Source of the DNA: Longimicrobiales bacterium
Lineage (GTDB): Bacteria > Gemmatimonadota > Gemmatimonadetes > Longimicrobiales > Gaopeijiaceae
NCBI GenBank assembly: GCA_965248195.1
Contig: CBDFIQ010000002.1
Coordinates: forward strand, 2,208,001 to 2,272,000
Direction: 5' to 3'
DNA length: 64,000 nucleotides
Every line of letters begins with the position of its first letter. Within the stretch, counting starts at the first letter, position 1. The translations under genes were made by a program, and so were the position numbers. The notes under the pieces were generated by a model. That model had not been told where the DNA came from. It ran no database searches and saw only the letters and a list, made by a program, of their open reading frames with translations. Below, one piece after another: positions 58,078-64,000 of this stretch.

Positions 58078-61000
58078 GTGCCTGGAAGCCTTCACCCCAT
58101 CGTCCACGCTCTGGGCACATGCCCGGGCTTTCATCGGCTCTGCCAAGCGCTGCCGGACCGAGGCGAGCGGCGCACGCTGTCCGGGGCCATAGGCTCAGCC
58201 GCGACCGCGTCGGTAGCGGCCCTACACCAACACTTCCCTACGCGACTCCTGGTCGTGGTCGCGCCTTCGCCTAGGCGAGCGATCGAGATCGAAGTGGATG
58301 TCGAGCTTTTTCTTGGCGAAGGCACCTCCTTTCTTTTTCCTCAACGCGAGGCACGCCCGTACGAGTCGAGCGAACCTCATCTTGAAATCGGGGCACTTCG
58401 CGTCGAGGCCGTTGAGGCGCTCCTGGGGGGGCGGACCCGACTGCTCGTGACGACCCTGCGCGCATTGCAAGAACGTGCCCCGATCCCGGCCGAACTCGCA
58501 GAATTACGGATTTCGCTTCGTGTGGGGGAAGAGGTGGGGTTCCAGACTCTGATCGGGGACCTCGCCGAACGGGGCTTCGAGCGCGTGCCGATCGTCGAGG
58601 AGGTCGGACAGTTCGCGGTTCGTGGAGGCCTTCTCGACGTTTTTTCATTCGGCACACCGGAGCCTGTACGGATCGAGTTTTCGGAGGACGAAATCACCTC
58701 GCTTCGCTTTTTCGACATCCTCGATCAGCGCACGAGCGGCACCACCACCGAAGCGCACATCCTGCCGGTGGACTTTCAGCGGGACCCAGAGTCCAAGACG
58801 CTGATTTCCCGGTCCCTTTTGGAACTGCTTCCGGCCGATGCCATTCTCCTTCCCGTCCACCCTGAGGACGCCGGGGAGTGGCGGCCCGAACTCGACCGGA
58901 CATGGAGCTATGTCTGCCGGCTGCACGAGGAGCTCACTTCGGAGGGGCGCTCTCCGGATCCCCCGGACACGCTATTCCTTCCGGCCGCTGATGGGGAGGC
59001 AAGGCTCGCCGCTCTGGCCCGCATCGATTTGTCGGCCACCGCCGGGGGGGAGATCTCGCTTTCCTGCAGCCTTCCTCCCGCGATCCAGCGGGACATGTCA
59101 CGTCTGAGGGCGTCACTCCGTGCCGTTTCGGCTTCGGGGGGTCGCAGTCTCTTGCTGTGCGACAATCAGGGCCAGTGCGACCGGCTGGAGGAAATCCTCG
59201 GAGGCTCCAAGAAAATTCCGCCGGGGGCGAATGTGATCGTCGGGTCCCTCTCCGCCGGATTCGTGCTGGAGTCGGCCGCACCGCCCCTTCAGGTGCTCAC
59301 TGACCACGAGATCTTCCGCCGCTCGCGGAGAGTCCGGAGCAGGCGTCGGTTCCGCGGGGCCGTGGCGCTCGAAAGCCTGGCCCAGCTGAATCCCGGGGAC
59401 CACGTCGTCCACATGGATCACGGGGTCGGCGTGTTCAGAGGGTTGCAGCATGTCGAGGTCGGCGGTGAGGAGCTCGAGTCCATGGCAATTGAGTATGCCG
59501 GCGGAGAAATCTTGCGTGTTCCAGTATATCGACTCGACCTGGTCGAGCGTTGGGTCGGCGAATCCGAGAGCGTCGCTCCTCCCGCCGTACACCGGATCGG
59601 GGGGAAGCGCTGGAAGACGCTGAAGCGGAAGACGAGCGAAGCGCTCGAGATGATGACCGTCGAACTCCTGCAACTCTACGCAAGGCGGGAGGCTGCCGTG
59701 GGGTTCGCCTTTTCACCCGACACCCTGTGGCAAAAGGAGATGGAATCGTCCTTTCTGTATGAAGACACACCGGACCAGCGGACGGCGACTGAAGCGGTAA
59801 AGCGCGACATGGAGTCCACCAGATCCATGGACCGGTTGATCTGTGGCGACGTTGGATACGGAAAGACCGAGATCGCGATCCGGGCAGCCTTCAAGGCGGT
59901 CCAGGACGGGAAGCAGGTGGCCGTGCTCGCGCCGACCACGGTGCTCGTGGCGCAGCACCGGCACACTTTCGCGTCGAGACTCGCGGATTATCCGGTGAGC
60001 GTTGGAGAGCTCAGCCGGTTCCGTACGCCGACCGATCAGAAGAAACTTTTGAAGGGACTCGCAGGTGGCCAGGTCGATATCGTCGTGGGGACGCACCGGC
60101 TACTCTCTTCCGACGTCGAGTTCGCCGATCTGGGCCTACTGATCGTCGATGAGGAGCAGCGGTTCGGGGTGCGCCACAAGGAACGCCTCAAGCGGTTGAG
60201 GGCGTCGGTGGACGTGTTGACGCTAACGGCCACGCCCATCCCACGCACCTTGCACTTGTCGCTCGTGGGCTTGCGGGACCTCTCCCTGATCCGTACTCCG
60301 CCTCGGGATCGGATGCCTGTCATCACGCATGTAGTTCCGTGGTCGGACCACATCCTTGCGGAGGCCCTGCTCAGAGAGTTCGACCGAGGAGGACAGGCGT
60401 TCTTCCTACACAATCTGGTTTCAACCATCGAGGGTGCCGCCGAGCGGATCCGGGCGCTCGTCCCGGAGGCCCGGATCGAAATCGCGCACGGGCAGATGAG
60501 GCCTCGGGAGTTGGACCGGGTCATGCGGGGCCTTGTGGAAGGGGAGGTCGACATCCTGATCTGCTCATCGATCATCGAAAACGGCCTAGATGTCCCGAAC
60601 GCGAACACGCTGATTGTGAACGGGGCTGAAAATTTTGGACTCTCCCAACTCTACCAGATCCGTGGGCGAGTGGGGCGGTCCGACCGTCGAGCCTTCTGCT
60701 ATCTCATTGCGCCCACCGAGCTCAGTGATGAGGCCGAGCGCCGCCTCAGGATATTGGAGCACCATACCGAACTGGGAAGCGGGTATTCCGTGGCTCTGCA
60801 GGACATGGAGTTGAGGGGTGCGGGAAACCTGCTCGGTGGCGAGCAGTCCGGGTTCGCACACTCCATTGGCATCGAAGCCTACATGCGATTGCTCGAGCAG
60901 ACCGTCAAGCGGCTCAAGGGAGAGGAGGAAGGCCGTGAATTCCCCGACCCAGATGTTTCGATCGCGGGCTCCGCATACCTACCCGATTCGTACATCTCGG

Positions 61001-61398
61001 ACTCTGGCCAAAAACTACATCTCTACCAAAGGCTTTCGAAGCTCAGCCGGATGGCCGAGGTGGCCTCCCTACGAGAGGAATTGGCGGATCGCTTCGGTGC
61101 CCCTCCTGTCCATGTGGGGCACTTGCTCGATGGCGCAGCACTACGAATCCTTGGTAGGCGAATCGGCGTCGAACGTATACTCGTAAGAAAGAGCGAGGCG
61201 AGAGTGAATTTCAGAGCCACAGTGGTGCCGCGCCTGTCGGTTCTCGAGCGCCCTCTCCAAGAACGCTCCGTGGACGTGGAGGTACGACGCATGACGCCAC
61301 TCTCGCTGGTCCTTCATCAAGCGGGCCCCGATTCGCTAGTTTCGACGTTGATCCTGGCCCTTACCAAATTGATCGAGGCGCGGGACGAGGCAGCGTAA
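58078..61398 (+). CDS. mfd: Transcription-repair coupling factor
   Basis: VRGGLLDVF, VVHMDHGVG, CGDVGYGKTE, DEEQRFGV, QIRGRVGRS, RGAGNLLG. Confidence 0.97.
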   Translation: MPGSLHPIVHALGTCPGFHRLCQALPDRGERRTLSGAIGSAATASVAALHQHFPTRLLVVVAPSPRRAIEIEVDVELFLGEGTSFLFPQREARPYESSEPHLEIGALRVEAVEALLGGRTRLLVTTLRALQERAPIPAELAELRISLRVGEEVGFQTLIGDLAERGFERVPIVEEVGQFAVRGGLLDVFSFGTPEPVRIEFSEDEITSLRFFDILDQRTSGTTTEAHILPVDFQRDPESKTLISRSLLELLPADAILLPVHPEDAGEWRPELDRTWSYVCRLHEELTSEGRSPDPPDTLFLPAADGEARLAALARIDLSATAGGEISLSCSLPPAIQRDMSRLRASLRAVSASGGRSLLLCDNQGQCDRLEEILGGSKKIPPGANVIVGSLSAGFVLESAAPPLQVLTDHEIFRRSRRVRSRRRFRGAVALESLAQLNPGDHVVHMDHGVGVFRGLQHVEVGGEELESMAIEYAGGEILRVPVYRLDLVERWVGESESVAPPAVHRIGGKRWKTLKRKTSEALEMMTVELLQLYARREAAVGFAFSPDTLWQKEMESSFLYEDTPDQRTATEAVKRDMESTRSMDRLICGDVGYGKTEIAIRAAFKAVQDGKQVAVLAPTTVLVAQHRHTFASRLADYPVSVGELSRFRTPTDQKKLLKGLAGGQVDIVVGTHRLLSSDVEFADLGLLIVDEEQRFGVRHKERLKRLRASVDVLTLTATPIPRTLHLSLVGLRDLSLIRTPPRDRMPVITHVVPWSDHILAEALLREFDRGGQAFFLHNLVSTIEGAAERIRALVPEARIEIAHGQMRPRELDRVMRGLVEGEVDILICSSIIENGLDVPNANTLIVNGAENFGLSQLYQIRGRVGRSDRRAFCYLIAPTELSDEAERRLRILEHHTELGSGYSVALQDMELRGAGNLLGGEQSGFAHSIGIEAYMRLLEQTVKRLKGEEEGREFPDPDVSIAGSAYLPDSYISDSGQKLHLYQRLSKLSRMAEVASLREELADRFGAPPVHVGHLLDGAALRILGRRIGVERILVRKSEARVNFRATVVPRLSVLERPLQERSVDVEVRRMTPLSLVLHQAGPDSLVSTLILALTKLIEARDEAA

Positions 61399-61489
61399 AG
61401 ATGTCGCACGATGGAACGGTCCAAGCCGCCACACGTGGACGATGTGCGGCCCGGCAACCGCCGGGTGTGGCAGGCCTCTCTGGAGATGA

Positions 61490-62959
61490 GTGACGATGAC
61501 ACATCAGCCTGGACGTACTTCTTGTCTCTTGGGTAGACGGGCCAAAGGGATGGTCCTCGGGATCCTGGCCGTTCTTTGGGCGTGCGAAACGGAAACGGGG
61601 AGGGTTCTCGCGCGGGCGGCCGGCCATGAACTGACCGTGGATCAGATGGTGGAAATCCTCGCCAGGCAAAACACGGTACCAAATCAAGCCGACGTCGTGG
61701 ACGCGCTCGCAAATTTCTGGATCGACTATACACTCCTCGCGCTGAGGGCCCGGGAGGATCCCCTTTTTACGACACTCGATCTCGATCCTCTCCTCCGGCC
61801 GGAGCTCGAGCAGGAGATCATCGACGCGTACATGGACTCGGCCCTCCGAGCCGACACGGCTATCTCCGACCAGGATTTAAGAGCCATGTGGGAGGCCGAC
61901 CCTCCGGCCGACTCAGTCCGGGCGCAGCACATCCTTCTCGCCTTTCCCGGGCAGGCGACCCAGGCCCAGGTGGACAGCGTGGTCAACCTCGCGGAACTGC
62001 TCCGAGCGAGGGCGGCGGCGGGCGAGTCCTTCGAGGCTCTGGCCGGCCAGTACAGTGAGGACAGCGGCAGCGCGGTCCAAGGGGGCGACATCGGATTCTT
62101 CGGCCGAGGAATGCTGGTGCCGGCGTTTGAAGAGGCCGCATTCTCCTTGGCCGTGGGTGAAGTCGGCGGCCCGGTGTCGTCTTCGTTGGGGCTCCATGTC
62201 ATCAAGGTCACGGATCGGAAGGCAACGACTTTCGAGGCGGCACGCAGCACCTTCCGGGACTCGCTCGTTTTGCGGAGGTTACAGGAGGCCGACTCGATCC
62301 TCCTGGCCGAAATCGACGAAGAAGCTGAGATCGAGGTTGAGGCCGGGGCCGTCGATGTCCTGCGGGAACTCGCGATGAACCCAGGGATTCCGCTCAGCGG
62401 CAGGGCAGCGGACCGCCCGCTCGTGTCATATCGCGGGGGATCGTACTCGGTATCGGACGCACTGCTCCTGCTCACTACGCGGCAAGCCGACCTCCCGGGT
62501 CAGCTCGCGATAGCCACCGACGAGGCCCTGACGGCTCTCCTGAACCGCCTCGGGCAGGCGCAGGTCCTGCTCGCCCGAGCAGCCGACGCGGGGATCATTC
62601 CGACCGAGGAACACGTCGATTCCCTGGATTCTCTTGCGCGCCAGAGACTAAGAGAGGCGACCGACGAGCTCGGCCTTCGCAGGATCGCTCTCTTGGAGGA
62701 TGAGACCGCCGACGAAGCCTTGGACCGCCAAACCCTCCAGGTGCTCCGGGAGATCTCGGCAGGGACGCGTAACGTGATTCCGATGGCCTCGATCATGGTG
62801 ACGCTCCGCCAAGAGAACGACTGGAACGTTCTCGAGAGTGCGGTCGTAGCCACGGTCGAGCGCATCGACGATCTGAGGGGGTCCGTGCAGGAAACGCCGA
62901 CCCAACCGGCCGCCGTCCAACCCGGTGTACCGCCCGTCGTCGACTCCGTCCAGAACTGA
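61490..62959 (+). CDS. Parvulin-type peptidyl-prolyl isomerase (lipoprotein)
   Basis: VRAQHIL, FEALA..YSED.GS...GGDIG.F.RG.LVPAFEEAAF; lipobox LWAC; start uncertain. Confidence 0.88.
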   Translation: MTMTHQPGRTSCLLGRRAKGMVLGILAVLWACETETGRVLARAAGHELTVDQMVEILARQNTVPNQADVVDALANFWIDYTLLALRAREDPLFTTLDLDPLLRPELEQEIIDAYMDSALRADTAISDQDLRAMWEADPPADSVRAQHILLAFPGQATQAQVDSVVNLAELLRARAAAGESFEALAGQYSEDSGSAVQGGDIGFFGRGMLVPAFEEAAFSLAVGEVGGPVSSSLGLHVIKVTDRKATTFEAARSTFRDSLVLRRLQEADSILLAEIDEEAEIEVEAGAVDVLRELAMNPGIPLSGRAADRPLVSYRGGSYSVSDALLLLTTRQADLPGQLAIATDEALTALLNRLGQAQVLLARAADAGIIPTEEHVDSLDSLARQRLREATDELGLRRIALLEDETADEALDRQTLQVLREISAGTRNVIPMASIMVTLRQENDWNVLESAVVATVERIDDLRGSVQETPTQPAAVQPGVPPVVDSVQN

Positions 62960-63015
62960 CGCTGGGCGCGGCGGTCGCCTCAGGAACACGTTTTCCTCCC
63001 TGGTTTAGAGAACGC

Positions 63016-64000
63016 ATGAAACTTTCATCCGGAATCTTCGCGCTCCTCGCGGCGGTCTCGTTCCTGATCCCCTCGCCGGTCGAGGGACAACAGCCCCCGC
63101 TGGGCATCAACTTGGTCGAGCGGGTGGTCGGGGTCGTCGGGGATTCGGTGATTTTGATGACGGAACTCGATGAATTTCTCCTAAGGATGGAGGCGAACGG
63201 GTGGACTCGCCCGACGGGAGCCGCCGAGCTCCTGGAGGCACGGCTAGAGATCCTGGACCAACTCATCAACCAGCAGCTGATCCTTCAGGAAGCGGCCAAA
63301 GACACGCTTCTCGAGATCGCCGAGGAGGAGTTGGAGGACCGCGTCCAGCAAGAGATCGACGGTCAGGTCCGCCAATTCGGTACTTTGGGCCGGCTTCAAC
63401 AAGCGCTGGCCGAGCAGAGTATGACGCTGGCCATTTACCGTGAGCAGCAGAAGAACACCATCCGACGCCAGTTGCTCCAGGAGCGGTATTTCGCCAAAAG
63501 CGGACAGGACGCGTCGGACATCGTCGTGACGGAGGAGGAGGCGCGGAAATATTTCGATGAGAATCAGGACCAGATTCCTGAGAGACCGCCGTCGATTCGC
63601 TTCGAGAATATCCAACTTCAACCTGAGGCGAGCGATTCCGCCAAGGCAGAGGCCCTTGCGGAAGCAGACAGCGTTCTGGCTCTTCTCCGGAACGGGGAAG
63701 ATTTCCCCGAGCTCGCGGCTCGCTTCTCGGACGGCCCTTCCGCCTCAGAGGGTGGAGAACTCGGGTGGATGCGCCAAGACGGAGGCCTCGTAGAGGCTTT
63801 CGAAGAAGTCGCCTTCGGGATGGCACCGGGAAGGGTAAGCGCTCCCGTTGAGACGGAATTCGGATACCATCTCATTATGGTGGAGCGGGTGCGGGGGGGG
63901 GAGCGTCGCATATCGCATATCTTGATTCAGCCGGAGATCACAGCGAGCGACGTCGAGGCAAACGATATCCGAGCGGAGTCGTTGGCTGCCCGGTTGAAGG
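63016..64000 (+). CDS. SurA-like chaperone/PPIase; partial, runs off the window end
   Basis: ATG at 63016: MKLSSGIFALLAAVSF...VERVVGVVGDSVILMTEL; parvulin motif FPELAARFSDGPSASEGGELGW...TEFGYHLI. Absent from the ORF track because it has no stop. Confidence 0.88.
   Translation, partial: MKLSSGIFALLAAVSFLIPSPVEGQQPPLGINLVERVVGVVGDSVILMTELDEFLLRMEANGWTRPTGAAELLEARLEILDQLINQQLILQEAAKDTLLEIAEEELEDRVQQEIDGQVRQFGTLGRLQQALAEQSMTLAIYREQQKNTIRRQLLQERYFAKSGQDASDIVVTEEEARKYFDENQDQIPERPPSIRFENIQLQPEASDSAKAEALAEADSVLALLRNGEDFPELAARFSDGPSASEGGELGWMRQDGGLVEAFEEVAFGMAPGRVSAPVETEFGYHLIMVERVRGGERRISHILIQPEITASDVEANDIRAESLAARLK

Overview
GC-rich bacterial DNA. Gene content and style (SusC/SusD-like pairs, DUF5916, DUF6152, mfd followed by two PPIase genes) suggest Gemmatimonadota, which is an inference. 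The window has two halves. (1) ~1-27.4 kb is an accessory region of exported enzymes. It holds a SusC/SusD-like TonB transporter flanked by three exported amidase-signature enzymes, a Tat-exported amidohydrolase, two proteins that fuse a c-type haem motif to a PHM/DBH-like copper-monooxygenase ligand set, and LRR, DUF3179, DUF6152, NiCoT and MBL genes. It also carries IS630 and IS110 remnants, collapsed pseudogenes and several short tandem duplications. (2) ~27.4-64 kb is mostly core genes: maf-dtd-glmS-glmM, metB-like, M48, purD, mutM, an M16 pair, menG/ubiE, an ECF sigma/anti-sigma operon, nfu-mrp, wzc, lepA, DUF58-BatA, mfd and two PPIases. The most interesting items are a STAS-kinase plus STAS-wHTH partner-switch pair translationally coupled to lepA, the haem-copper monooxygenase/amidase/SusCD locus, and a ~300-bp highly structured MITE-like element before mfd. 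No CRISPR array, rRNA or tRNA was recognised. All family calls come from motif recognition by eye, not from database searches.
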